NCBI GenBank assembly: GCA_963668315.1
Contig: OY764216.1
Span: forward strand, 2,784,001 to 2,848,000
Source: Spirochaetia bacterium
GTDB taxonomy: Bacteria > Spirochaetota > Spirochaetia > DSM-2461
DNA: 64,000 nt
Reading direction: 5' to 3'
In this document: one piece after another, positions 1 through 9,570 of the stretch
Position numbering within the stretch: position 1 is the stretch's first letter
Layout: each line of letters begins with the position of its first letter
The notes under the pieces: model-generated
Databases searched by the model: none
What the model was told of the DNA's origin: nothing
The model's input: the letters and a program-made list of their open reading frames with translations, nothing else
Position numbers and translations under genes: made by a program

Positions 1-767
1 TTTTCGAATCCATCATGGAGAAGAAAGAACTTGCCGCCCTTTTCCAGGTGGAGGAGGAGGAAACCCAGCCCCTGACGAAGGACGGCATTCCCAAAAGAAA
101 CGTGATCCCCGGGGAAAGAAACGAGTACGCCGAGTACCTGAAGATGGAAAAGGACAGCCCCTTCGCCGCCGGTCTGAAAGACACCGAATACGTTCAGTAC
201 CGCAAGGGATACAAAGTCCGTTCCCTCGAAAACGGCAGCGCCCATACGGAAGGATGGACGGTGCTTTCCCATTTCGACCGGGACTGGCGCCATTTCTGTT
301 CCCATAAGCAGACGCCCTCCTCCGGGAAAGTGGAAGGACCGGCCGTTGTGAGGGCCGGGAATAGGGTATATCTTTCCCATCCCCACTTCTCCCTCTATTA
401 CCAGAGGGCGCCCCGGTGGAGCAAGGTCCTGGTGGGTAACGCTCTGGATTACCTGCTGGAAACGCCGCTTGTCAGACATGACGGCCCCTCCTCCCTGCGG
501 GTGCAGCTCAGAGTACAGAAGAACGAAGGGGGAAGAAAGATCCTCCATCTGCTTCATTACATACCCGAAAGAAGAGGAAAGGAATTTGATATTGTGGAAG
601 ATGTCATTCCCTTATATGATATAAATATAACGATTCGGTGCGGCGAGAAGCCTTCCCTGGTGAAGACGGTCCCCGAAGAAAGGGAGCTGGATTGGGATCA
701 TGACGGCATCTGCCTGAATTTTACCGTTCCGGAAATTAACGGTCATACCATGATATCGATAGAGTAG
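1..767 (+). CDS. 5'-truncated glycoside hydrolase C-terminal region (beta-galactosidase trimerisation-domain / GH151-like)
   Basis: Frame is open from base 3 (FESIM...), so the gene runs off the left edge. The C-terminus LHLLHYIPERR...IVEDVIPLYDI...FTVPEINGHTMI resembles trimerisation-domain glycosidases. First gene seen in a sugar operon. Confidence 0.5.
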   Translation, partial: FESIMEKKELAALFQVEEEETQPLTKDGIPKRNVIPGERNEYAEYLKMEKDSPFAAGLKDTEYVQYRKGYKVRSLENGSAHTEGWTVLSHFDRDWRHFCSHKQTPSSGKVEGPAVVRAGNRVYLSHPHFSLYYQRAPRWSKVLVGNALDYLLETPLVRHDGPSSLRVQLRVQKNEGGRKILHLLHYIPERRGKEFDIVEDVIPLYDINITIRCGEKPSLVKTVPEERELDWDHDGICLNFTVPEINGHTMISIE

Positions 768-780
768 ACAGGAAAAAACA

Positions 781-2238
781 ATGGATGCACAGAAAAATAT
801 TACAAACCAAATAATGCTTATCACCTATGCCGATTCGCTGGGAAATAATCTCAAGGATCTGACTTCCGTTCTGGACAGGTGGTATAAAGGGGCCATAGGG
901 GGTGTTCATATCCTTCCCTTTTTCCCTTCCTCCGGAGACCGGGGATTCGCCCCCGAGCGCTACGATATGATCCTTTCCGATTTCGGCACATGGGACGACG
1001 TGGAAAAACTGAGCAGGGACTACTACCTGATGTTTGACTTCATGATCAATCATATTTCCCGCCAGTCACCCTATTTTCTGGATTATCAGGAAAAACATAA
1101 CGAATCGGAGTGGAAGGACCTCTTCCTCCAGGTGGAAAAAGCCTGGGACGGCCGGATGCCCACCGCCGAAGAGATCGACCTCATCTACAAGAGAAAGGAT
1201 AAGCCGCCCTTCGAAGAGATCCGCTTCAAGGATAATGAGACCGAATCCCTCTGGTGTACCTTCAGCGAGGAGCAGATGGATATCGACGTCAACAGCGGTG
1301 TATCCAGAAAGTTCATTGAAGGCACCCTGAAGGATCTGGTGAAGAAGGGCGCCGCCATTGTACGGCTTGACGCATTCGCCTACTGCATCAAGAAATCCGG
1401 CACGGACTGCTTTTTCGTGAAGCCGGAGATCTGGGACTATCTGAAGGGGATCCAGGCGACGGTGGAAGCCGAAGGGGCCATGATTCTTCCCGAAATCCAT
1501 GAGCACTACTCCATCCAGATGGAGCTGGCCGAGCAGGATTTCTGGGTCTATGACTTCGCCCTGCCCATGCTCGTTCTCCATACCCTCTATACGGGAAGCG
1601 CCGCCCGGCTCAAGCACTGGCTGGAGATCTGTCCGCGCAAGCAGTTCACCACTCTGGATACCCATGACGGCATAGGCGTGGTCGATGTAAAGGATCTGAT
1701 GTCCGATGAGGAAATCGACAATGCCATGGCTTCCCTATACGAGATAGGCGCCAATGTCAAAAAGAAGTACAGTTCCGCCGAGTATAACAATCTGGATATC
1801 TATCAGATCAACTGCACCTACTATTCGGCCCTGGGAAATGACGATGACAAATATCTGCTGGCCCGGGCGATCCAGTTCTTCGCTCCCGGAATCCCCCAGG
1901 TCTACTATGTGGGCCTTCTGGCCGGTGAGAATGATATCGAACTGCTGGAAAAGACGAAAAACGGACGGGATATCAACCGCCATTACTACACCCTCGATGA
2001 GATTGAGAAGAACCAGGAGAGGGCTCTGATCAAAAAGCTTAACGGGTTAATGAGATTCCGGAACAGCCATCCCGCCTTTGAAGGAAGCTGTGAAATCATG
2101 CCCTCCGACGAAGCCAGCCTGGTTATCCGGCGGCAGGAAGGAGAACATTTCGCCGAGCTGAGTGCCGATCTTGGCGATTTCAGTTTTACCGTTACCTACT
2201 CCGATGAGACAAAGTCTCAGCAGAAACTGACCATATAG
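781..2238 (+). CDS. gtfA: Sucrose phosphorylase (GH13_18)
   Basis: MLITYADSLG, GGVHILPFFPSSGDRGFAP, nucleophile RLDAFAY, acid/base EIHEH, THDGIG. Specificity loops YKRKDK and YNNLDIYQIN are typical of true sucrose phosphorylases. Confidence 0.93.
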   Translation: MDAQKNITNQIMLITYADSLGNNLKDLTSVLDRWYKGAIGGVHILPFFPSSGDRGFAPERYDMILSDFGTWDDVEKLSRDYYLMFDFMINHISRQSPYFLDYQEKHNESEWKDLFLQVEKAWDGRMPTAEEIDLIYKRKDKPPFEEIRFKDNETESLWCTFSEEQMDIDVNSGVSRKFIEGTLKDLVKKGAAIVRLDAFAYCIKKSGTDCFFVKPEIWDYLKGIQATVEAEGAMILPEIHEHYSIQMELAEQDFWVYDFALPMLVLHTLYTGSAARLKHWLEICPRKQFTTLDTHDGIGVVDVKDLMSDEEIDNAMASLYEIGANVKKKYSSAEYNNLDIYQINCTYYSALGNDDDKYLLARAIQFFAPGIPQVYYVGLLAGENDIELLEKTKNGRDINRHYYTLDEIEKNQERALIKKLNGLMRFRNSHPAFEGSCEIMPSDEASLVIRRQEGEHFAELSADLGDFSFTVTYSDETKSQQKLTI

Positions 2239-2249
2239 GAGGGAGAAAC

Positions 2250-3029
2250 ATGGCCGTATTTCAATGTAACTTTCGATCGACCTATCTGCTCGGACACAGT
2301 CAGATCCATGCTATCATACCCGCCCAGTGGGAGGATGACGGTGTCCACCTGGACCACTCTTACTATCCCGAGGAGAAGCAGTACCGTACCCTTTACCTGT
2401 TCCACGGCTACACCGGTGACGACAGCGACTGGATCAGGGGATCGGGCATAGAGCGCTATGCCGAGGAGAATGACCTGGCCGTGATCATGCCCAACTGCCG
2501 GAACAGTTTCTATTCCGATTACGGTCCGGGGCACAGGTATTTCAGCTATGTCGTTTCGGAAATCGTCCCCTTCGCGGAGAAAATGTTTCCCCTCCTCAAA
2601 GGGCGGGAAAACCGGTTTACCGCCGGGCTGTCCATGGGGGGATACGGGGCTTTCAAAATCGCCATGTCCCGGCCTGATCTTTTCAGCGCCGCCGCCAGCC
2701 TTTCCGGTGCGTTGGATATCAAACGCATCGTTTCGGGCGATTCCACGGCGAAAATCGATTTTACCTCACTTTTCGGGGATTTGAGTAAAATAGGGGAGAG
2801 CGATCACGATCTCTACCGGCTCATGGAAAAGCAGGGAGAGGCCTTGGGGGAGATGAAATTCTATCAGGCCTGCGGCACGGAGGATTTCCTTTATGATATG
2901 AACCGGGATTTCAAGGCTCATATGGAAAGATCCGGCCTCGATTACACCTACTCCGAAGGTCCCGGAGGACACGAATGGAACTTCTGGGACGATCAGATTC
3001 AAAAAGTCATGAAGTGGATTAACCGCTGA
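2250..3029 (+). CDS. Esterase family alpha/beta hydrolase (tributyrin/acetyl esterase-like)
   Basis: LYLFHG, nucleophile elbow GLSMGG, CGTEDFL, GGHEWNFW; RBS GGAGGGAG. Confidence 0.88.
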   Translation: MAVFQCNFRSTYLLGHSQIHAIIPAQWEDDGVHLDHSYYPEEKQYRTLYLFHGYTGDDSDWIRGSGIERYAEENDLAVIMPNCRNSFYSDYGPGHRYFSYVVSEIVPFAEKMFPLLKGRENRFTAGLSMGGYGAFKIAMSRPDLFSAAASLSGALDIKRIVSGDSTAKIDFTSLFGDLSKIGESDHDLYRLMEKQGEALGEMKFYQACGTEDFLYDMNRDFKAHMERSGLDYTYSEGPGGHEWNFWDDQIQKVMKWINR

Positions 3030-3040
3030 CACGGGAAAAA

Positions 3041-4513
3041 ATGAAAAGCAAAGAGGAAGAACGGGGGGCAGAAGGCTCTCGGAAAATCAGAGATTTGCAA
3101 AGTTCGCTGAAAAAGAGAAATCGGACCGCCGAAAACGACCCGGCGAGGCCTCTCTGCCATTTCATCCCTCCCGCCGGCTGGATAAACGATCCCAACGGGA
3201 CAATCTGGCACGGCGGATATTACCATCTATTTTATCAGCACAACCCCCATGACGATGTCTGGGGAACTATCCATTGGGGGCACGGAAGATCCCGAAATCT
3301 GGTGGATTGGGAGTATCTGCCCACCGCCCTTATTCCCGACGGCGCCACGGGAGAGACGTCCTGTTTCTCCGGCTGCTGCGCCGTCACGCCCGCCGGTATA
3401 CCCGCCATCCTTTATACCAGCGTCGCCCGCGATCCCGGTGAGACTCCCTGGGATCAGCGTCTCCTCTTTTCCGATGATGACTTGATCGAGTGGAGAAAGG
3501 GGGCCGGTCATCCCGTACTGGATCTCCGGACCCACGGGGGACCGGAAATCGAGGGCGACTGGCGCGATCCCTATCTCTTTTCTGCCGAAGGAAAACATTT
3601 TCTCCTTCTCGGGGCGAGGCTGACAAAAGAGAAAGGGGGCGATTCGGTCGTTCTTCTCTATGAGTCGGCGGACGATCACTTTCTCCATTGGGAGTACAAA
3701 TCGATTCTTATCAGACGCCCGAGGTACGAAATCGAATTTTTCGAATGTCCCAATCTCATTCAGTTCCGGAACCGGTGGCTTCTCCTGACTTCAACCTACC
3801 GGACTGTCGAGTATTACGCCGGAGATTTCGATGCCGAGAGGGGCTCCTTTTCTCCGGTAAGCCACGGCGAGCTGGACGGGGGCGTGGAACTGTATGCCAC
3901 CAATACCGCCCTTTCCCCGGACGGGAGAACAATCCTGTTCGCCTGGATGCGCGGCTTCAACGAAAGGAACGGCTGGTGCGGCCAGATGGTTTTTCCCCGC
4001 GAGCTCTCCCTTGATGAAAAAGGAACTCCCCGGCAGAAACCGGCCGCCGAGATCGCCGAACTCCGCAAGAACCATGTTTCCCTGGAAAGACAGACTATTA
4101 CCGAAGAGAGAATTTACCCCCCAGAGGGAGTCTCCGATTCTCCTCTGGAAGTCCAGGGCCATTTTACGCTGGGAAATTCGGCCATCCTTGAAATCGGCCT
4201 GTCCCGGGAGCCGGAGGAAAAGCCTGCCTTTACCATCCGCTTTGACGGCCGTTTTCTGGATGTGGGGGGAACCCGAACCTATTACGCCGCCGGAGATCCG
4301 GTTCTCACCTTCGATATTCATATCATTGTGGACCGGGGGATCATCGAAGTTTTCCTGGACGGTGGACGGAAAGTGGTTTCCCGGGGACTCTGGGGAGAGG
4401 GACCGGGAAGGTGTGTTTCCCTCAGAACATTGAATGGTACGGCAGCCTTGGAATCCATGGAGCTGTGGACTTTACGGGAGGGGCAAAGAAAATTCGCCCC
4501 CGATTCAGTTTAA
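3041..4513 (+). CDS. GH32 beta-fructofuranosidase / sucrose-6-phosphate hydrolase
   Basis: WINDPNG, YHLFYQHNP, HWGH, FSG, WRDP and FECP catalytic motifs; C-terminal beta-sandwich with DRGIIEVF. Confidence 0.92.
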   Translation: MKSKEEERGAEGSRKIRDLQSSLKKRNRTAENDPARPLCHFIPPAGWINDPNGTIWHGGYYHLFYQHNPHDDVWGTIHWGHGRSRNLVDWEYLPTALIPDGATGETSCFSGCCAVTPAGIPAILYTSVARDPGETPWDQRLLFSDDDLIEWRKGAGHPVLDLRTHGGPEIEGDWRDPYLFSAEGKHFLLLGARLTKEKGGDSVVLLYESADDHFLHWEYKSILIRRPRYEIEFFECPNLIQFRNRWLLLTSTYRTVEYYAGDFDAERGSFSPVSHGELDGGVELYATNTALSPDGRTILFAWMRGFNERNGWCGQMVFPRELSLDEKGTPRQKPAAEIAELRKNHVSLERQTITEERIYPPEGVSDSPLEVQGHFTLGNSAILEIGLSREPEEKPAFTIRFDGRFLDVGGTRTYYAAGDPVLTFDIHIIVDRGIIEVFLDGGRKVVSRGLWGEGPGRCVSLRTLNGTAALESMELWTLREGQRKFAPDSV

Positions 4514-4528
4514 AAAAGGAAGAATCAT

Positions 4529-5602
4529 ATGAGAGGATTATCCCTGTTCCGCGATGAGGAGACCCGTTCGATCAATGCAGAAAATCCGGAAGGCAGAAAA
4601 GGCTTCGGCGGACAGGCCGTCAGCCCCCTGGGCAAAGGCCGCAAAGGGAGGCCCAATATCACCCTGCCCCGGGGAGAAACCGTCACTCTGGCGGATATTA
4701 CCGAAGGTCCGGGAGAGATCCGCCATATCTGGATGACCGTGACGGACCAAACGGAAAACTACCCCTTTGTACTGAGGAATCTCATTCTGCGGATGTACTG
4801 GGACAACGAGGAAAAGCCCAGCGTGGAAGTGCCCCTGGGTGACTTCTTCTGCAACGGCTTCGCCGTTAAAACCCCGGTCTACTCCGAACCGGTCAGCGTT
4901 ATTCCCCACGGAGGGTTCAACTGCTATTTTCCCATGCCCTTTAAAAAACGGGCGAAAATCACCATCGAGAATCAGCATCAGGAACGTATCACCGACTTCT
5001 TTTTTCAGATCGATTATGCCCTGGTCGGAGAAGCCGTCCCGGATTCCCTCTATTTTCATGCCCAGTGGAGACGTCAGCCCGTCACGGAACTGAAGAAGGA
5101 TTACGCCATCCTCGACGGAGTGCGGGGAAAGGGCCATCTCGCCGGGATCTACCTGGGGATAGCTCCTCTGGAGAGAAACTGGTACGGCGAGGGAGAAGTC
5201 AAGTTCTTCATCGACGGGGATGACGAGTTTCCCACGATCTGCGGCACCGGCGTGGAAGACTATTTCGGCGGCGCCTGGGGGTTCGTGGAGAATCCCGGGG
5301 AGACCGAGCAGACCTATCATTCCCCCTATCTGGGCCATCCCTACCTGAACAATCCGGGAAACTGCCGGGGAAACGGCTTTGACGACGTGTTCGTTCCCAT
5401 GAGAAGTTTCTACCGCTGGCATATCCCCGATCCCGTCTGCTTTAAGGAGGATATCCGCATCACCGTGCAGCAGATCGGGCTGACCGGGAACGGCCTTTAC
5501 GAGCGGCAGGATGATTACTGCTCCACGGCCTACTGGTACCAGAGCGAACCGCACACCGATTTTCCCCCTCTGCCCGACCGGGAAGGGCGGCGTCCGAGAT
5601 AG
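4529..5602 (+). CDS. DUF2961 / GH172 family glycosidase (alpha-fructofuranosidase or difructose dianhydride hydrolase-like)
   Basis: RSINAENP, GPGEIRHIWMT, LRMYWD.E..PSVEVPLGDFF, NCYFPMPF, WYGEGEVKFFIDGD, GTGVEDYFGGAW, YRWHIPDP, STAYWYQ. Confidence 0.88.
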   Translation: MRGLSLFRDEETRSINAENPEGRKGFGGQAVSPLGKGRKGRPNITLPRGETVTLADITEGPGEIRHIWMTVTDQTENYPFVLRNLILRMYWDNEEKPSVEVPLGDFFCNGFAVKTPVYSEPVSVIPHGGFNCYFPMPFKKRAKITIENQHQERITDFFFQIDYALVGEAVPDSLYFHAQWRRQPVTELKKDYAILDGVRGKGHLAGIYLGIAPLERNWYGEGEVKFFIDGDDEFPTICGTGVEDYFGGAWGFVENPGETEQTYHSPYLGHPYLNNPGNCRGNGFDDVFVPMRSFYRWHIPDPVCFKEDIRITVQQIGLTGNGLYERQDDYCSTAYWYQSEPHTDFPPLPDREGRRPR

Positions 5603-5662
5603 GTACTTTCTTAAGGGAAAGTGACCGGATTATTGAAAAGATTGAATCATAAGGAGATCATT

Positions 5663-7339
5663 ATGAAAAAGACATGGTGGAAAGAAGGAATTGTCTATCA
5701 GATATACCCGAGAAGTTTTATGGATGCCAACGGCGACGGCATAGGCGATTTCCGGGGTATAATCGATAAGCTGGATTATCTGGAGGAGCTGGGCATCACG
5801 ATCATCTGGCTGAATCCGGTCTACCAGTCCCCCAACGATGACAACGGCTACGACATAAGCGACTACCAGCAGACCATGAAGGAGTTCGGAACCCTGGAGG
5901 ACTGGCAGGAACTTCTCGATAAGCTCCACGCCCGGGGCATCAGGCTGATTATGGACCTGGTTGTGAACCACTCCTCAGACGAGCACGCCTGGTTCGTGGA
6001 ATCGAAAAAAGGGAAGGACAACCCCTACCGGGACTATTACATCTGGAAGGACCCGAAGATCGACAGCCAAGGTAAACCCGTTCCTCCCAATAACTGGCGA
6101 TCCTCGTTCAGCGGGTCGGCCTGGGAATTCGACGAGCCGTCCGGTCAGTATTACCTCCATCTGTTCTCGAAGAAACAGCCCGATATGAACTGGGAGAACC
6201 GGAAGCTCCGGGACGAAGTTTTCAACATGATGAACTGGTGGTTCGACAAGGGGATAGACGGATTCCGCATGGATGTTATCAACCTGATTTCCAAATATCC
6301 CGAATATGCCGATTTTGATTATTCCCCCGACAGAAAGCCGGAGTGGGAGCAGAAAACCTATATCAACGGCCCCCGGATGCACGAGTTCCTCAAGGAGATG
6401 AACAGCAAGTGCATGAGCCATTACGATGTCTTCACCGTGGGCGAATGCTTTGCCACCCCCCCCGATGTGGCAGAGAAGCTCGTCGGGGCCGACCAGAACG
6501 AGCTGGACATGATTTTCCAGATGGAGCATGTCCAGCTGGGGGAGGGCCCCGGAGGCAAGTGGGATATCCAGCCCTGGAAGCTTTCGGATATGAAAAAGAT
6601 TCTTGCCAAGTGGGACGGAGTAATGCAGAACTGCGGCGGTTGGAACAGCCAGTTCCTTATGAATCACGATCAGCCCCGTTCCCTCTCCCGCTATGCCGAT
6701 GACGGCGAGTACCGGGAAATCAGCGCGAAAATGCTCGCTGTTTTTCTTTTGACTCTTCGGGGCACCCCCTTTATCTATCAGGGGGAGGAAATCGGTATGA
6801 CCAATATTCCCGTCAGCGACATCAAGGATTACCGCGATATTGAGATCCTGAACCACTATAAAGAGGCGACGGCCCGGGGGGAAGATCCCGAAGAGCTAAT
6901 GAAAGCTTATAACAAGGTGGGACGGGACAATGCCCGTACTCCCATGCAGTGGAACGCCGGGCAGAATGCAGGTTTCTCCACGGCAGAACCCTGGCTAATG
7001 GTCAATCCCAACTATAAAGAGATCAACGTGGAAGCCAACAGGGCCGACTCCGATTCGGTTCTGAGTTTTTACAAAAAAATGATCCGCTTCAGGAAGGATA
7101 ACCCCACCCTCGTCTACGGAGAGTTCGAACTGGCCTGTCCCGAAGACGAGGCGGTATTCGCCCATTACCGAACCGATGGGGAAGCCTCCTTTTTTGTGGC
7201 CAGTAATTTTTCCGGCAAGGAGCAGTCTCTCGATTTTGAATCGGATAAGTACGACCTGGTTATACAGAACTATCCCGGCAAAGAGAGCGATCCCGCCCGG
7301 CTCAGGCCCTATGAGGCCCGTGTCTACCGCCTCAGCTGA
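5663..7339 (+). CDS. Oligo-1,6-glucosidase / alpha-glucosidase (GH13_31)
   Basis: WWKEGIVYQIYPRSF, DNGYDISDY, DLVVNHSSDEH, QPDMN, GFRMDVIN (Val after the nucleophile suggests alpha-1,6), NHDQPR, GRDNARTPMQW. Start moved to ATG 5663 behind RBS AAGGAG. Confidence 0.92.
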   Translation: MKKTWWKEGIVYQIYPRSFMDANGDGIGDFRGIIDKLDYLEELGITIIWLNPVYQSPNDDNGYDISDYQQTMKEFGTLEDWQELLDKLHARGIRLIMDLVVNHSSDEHAWFVESKKGKDNPYRDYYIWKDPKIDSQGKPVPPNNWRSSFSGSAWEFDEPSGQYYLHLFSKKQPDMNWENRKLRDEVFNMMNWWFDKGIDGFRMDVINLISKYPEYADFDYSPDRKPEWEQKTYINGPRMHEFLKEMNSKCMSHYDVFTVGECFATPPDVAEKLVGADQNELDMIFQMEHVQLGEGPGGKWDIQPWKLSDMKKILAKWDGVMQNCGGWNSQFLMNHDQPRSLSRYADDGEYREISAKMLAVFLLTLRGTPFIYQGEEIGMTNIPVSDIKDYRDIEILNHYKEATARGEDPEELMKAYNKVGRDNARTPMQWNAGQNAGFSTAEPWLMVNPNYKEINVEANRADSDSVLSFYKKMIRFRKDNPTLVYGEFELACPEDEAVFAHYRTDGEASFFVASNFSGKEQSLDFESDKYDLVIQNYPGKESDPARLRPYEARVYRLS

Positions 7340-7342
7340 GTT

Positions 7343-9466
7343 ATGGTAGATAACTATGTGGTAAAAACCTATGCCGGATGGCTGGGGAAGATCATCGGTA
7401 TCCGGCTCGGTTCCCACATAGAAGGGTGGACTTACGAGAAAATACGTGAGGAAATCGGCGAGATAAGCGATTATCCCGTTGATTACAACGATTATGCCGC
7501 CGATGACGACAGCAACGGTCCTTTCTTCTTTATCAAGGCCCTGGAAGATTTTACCTGCGACCCGGAAGAGCTCACCCCCGCCATGGTCGGCAAGACCTGG
7601 CTGAATTACGTGTCCGAGAGCAGGGGCTTCTTCTGGTGGGGCGGGTACGGTATCTCCACGGAGCATACGGCCTATGACAATTTGAAAAACGGTCTGGAAG
7701 CGCCCCGGTCCGGTTCCATGGAACAGAACGGGAGCACCTGTGCCGAGCAGATCGGCGGACAGATCTTCATCGACTCCTGCGGCTACGTCGCCCCGGGCCG
7801 TCCCTATCTGGCGGCCCGGTTCGCCCGGACATTCGCTTCCGTCTCCCATGACGGCAACGGGATCTACGGGGCCGTCTTCGTGGCCGTATGCATCAGCCTG
7901 GCTTACATACGCCATGATATCAGGACGATTATCGAGGAGGCCCTCACCCATATCCCGGAGAGCAGCGAATACTTCCGGGTCGCCCGGAAGGTCATCGAGT
8001 TCTACGACCGGGACAAAGGACAAAACTGGAGGGACTGCTTCTCCTATATCCATGATAATTTCGGCTATGACAAGTACCCGGGGAACTGCCATATCATCCC
8101 GAACAGCGCCGTCATGGTTCTGGCCATGCTCTACGGGAAGGGCGACTTCTCCGAGACTATATGCATCGTGAATATGTGCGGCTGGGATACGGACTGCAAC
8201 GGGGGAAACGTCGGATCCATTCTGGGAATTCTTTCGGGCATAGAGAATATGGACGACAAATGGATCACTCCCATTAAGGATATCGTTCTCTACTCCTCCT
8301 GTTTGGGGTCCTTGAATATCTCCACCGCTTCCCGGGATATTAATACCTACTGCCGCCTCGGGTATAGAATCGCCCATGAAGTGCCGCCAGCCCCCTGGAA
8401 GGAGATCTGGGAACGGGACAGCCGGCTATTTCACTTTCATCTGCCCAAATCCCTCCAGGGTATGAGGACAGATGACGAAGGGATCTTCCTGTCCAATACG
8501 GATGAAGTTTCGCGCAGCTTCGGAAGATGCCTTAAAATCGATATACAGAACAGAGGGCCCGAGGTGTCTCGCCCCTTCCGGGTGTACCGGAAAACCTATT
8601 ATCAGCCGGCCGACCTGTACGATTCCCGATATGATCCCTCCTTTACCCCTGTCCTCTATCCCGGTCAGACCGTTAAAAGCTGTCTTTGTTATACCGGCGG
8701 TTCTCCTCTGAAGGTTTGCCTTTACGGGCGGGACATAAATAATAATGCCCTTTACAGCTCCCCCTTTTTCGAGATCCGGGAGGAGTGGACGGAAATCGAT
8801 TTTACCCTTCCTCCCGCAGAGGGAGCCCTGATCAAAGAGGCGGGGTTTCTCTTCGAGTCCGGGAAGGGGGCCTGTACAGGCGGTGCGGTCTATATCGATT
8901 ATGTGGAGTATACGGGCAAAGCCGATTTCACCATCGATTTTTCCCGGGAGCGGACGGAAGAGTATATTCCCGGACATACGGGGATACACAGGGAAATAAG
9001 CCAGTTCTCTCAGAAAAGCGGGCTGTGGGAGCTTGACGGGGAGTATCTGAGCGGCAGCTGCTGCGAAAGCGGGGAAGCCTACACGGGGCTCTACCGGGAC
9101 AGGGACTATATTTACGATATTATTATCAATCCCCAGTACGGAGAGACCCATCTGATGAATTTCCGGGTACAGGGGGGCGAGAGAAGCTACGCCTTCGGCT
9201 TCTGCGGACGGAACAGACTGGCGCTTCTCAAGAAGAATCATGATTATACCCTCCTGAAAGATATCGAATACCCCTATGAGCGGTATCGGGATTATGCTTT
9301 CTCCGTCAGGGTGGAGGGAGAGCATATTCTGTGCTCCGTTGAAGGAGAGACACTGATCGATTTTCTTGATGAGGCAGATCCTCTCAGCCACGGTCAGATC
9401 GGTATGAGCGTCCATGGGGGAAGCCACTGCCACTATAAAAATCTGAGGTACCGCCGGACTTCATAA
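7343..9466 (+). CDS. ADP-ribosylglycohydrolase family protein with C-terminal beta-sandwich (carbohydrate-binding-like) domains
   Basis: YAGWLGKIIGIRLG..EGW, AADDD, EQIGGQIF.D, ASVSHDG and GWDTDCNGGNVGSILG metal-binding motifs; beta-rich C-terminal half. Confidence 0.82.
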   Translation: MVDNYVVKTYAGWLGKIIGIRLGSHIEGWTYEKIREEIGEISDYPVDYNDYAADDDSNGPFFFIKALEDFTCDPEELTPAMVGKTWLNYVSESRGFFWWGGYGISTEHTAYDNLKNGLEAPRSGSMEQNGSTCAEQIGGQIFIDSCGYVAPGRPYLAARFARTFASVSHDGNGIYGAVFVAVCISLAYIRHDIRTIIEEALTHIPESSEYFRVARKVIEFYDRDKGQNWRDCFSYIHDNFGYDKYPGNCHIIPNSAVMVLAMLYGKGDFSETICIVNMCGWDTDCNGGNVGSILGILSGIENMDDKWITPIKDIVLYSSCLGSLNISTASRDINTYCRLGYRIAHEVPPAPWKEIWERDSRLFHFHLPKSLQGMRTDDEGIFLSNTDEVSRSFGRCLKIDIQNRGPEVSRPFRVYRKTYYQPADLYDSRYDPSFTPVLYPGQTVKSCLCYTGGSPLKVCLYGRDINNNALYSSPFFEIREEWTEIDFTLPPAEGALIKEAGFLFESGKGACTGGAVYIDYVEYTGKADFTIDFSRERTEEYIPGHTGIHREISQFSQKSGLWELDGEYLSGSCCESGEAYTGLYRDRDYIYDIIINPQYGETHLMNFRVQGGERSYAFGFCGRNRLALLKKNHDYTLLKDIEYPYERYRDYAFSVRVEGEHILCSVEGETLIDFLDEADPLSHGQIGMSVHGGSHCHYKNLRYRRTS

Positions 9467-9514
9467 TTCATCCCAATCTCCCTGTCCCCTCCCTTTTATT
9501 TAATGAAAAGATGT

Positions 9515-9543
9515 TTGATTTTGCCGGTCCGGCATCCTACAAT
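9515..9543 (+). promoter_or_regulatory. sigma70-type promoter of the kinase-DGC operon
   Basis: TTGATT-N17-TACAAT. It lies inside the first 20 codons of the ORF-track ORF, which argues for the downstream start at 9571. Confidence 0.6.
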
Positions 9544-9570
9544 TGTAATAATGAGGGTAATACAGATGAG

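Noticed and set aside
4538..9433. Long antisense ORFs (338, 293, 460 and 335 aa) opposite the sugar operon, and similar shadows elsewhere
   Set aside because: They mirror well-supported genes, are expected from codon bias, and show no recognisable motifs.
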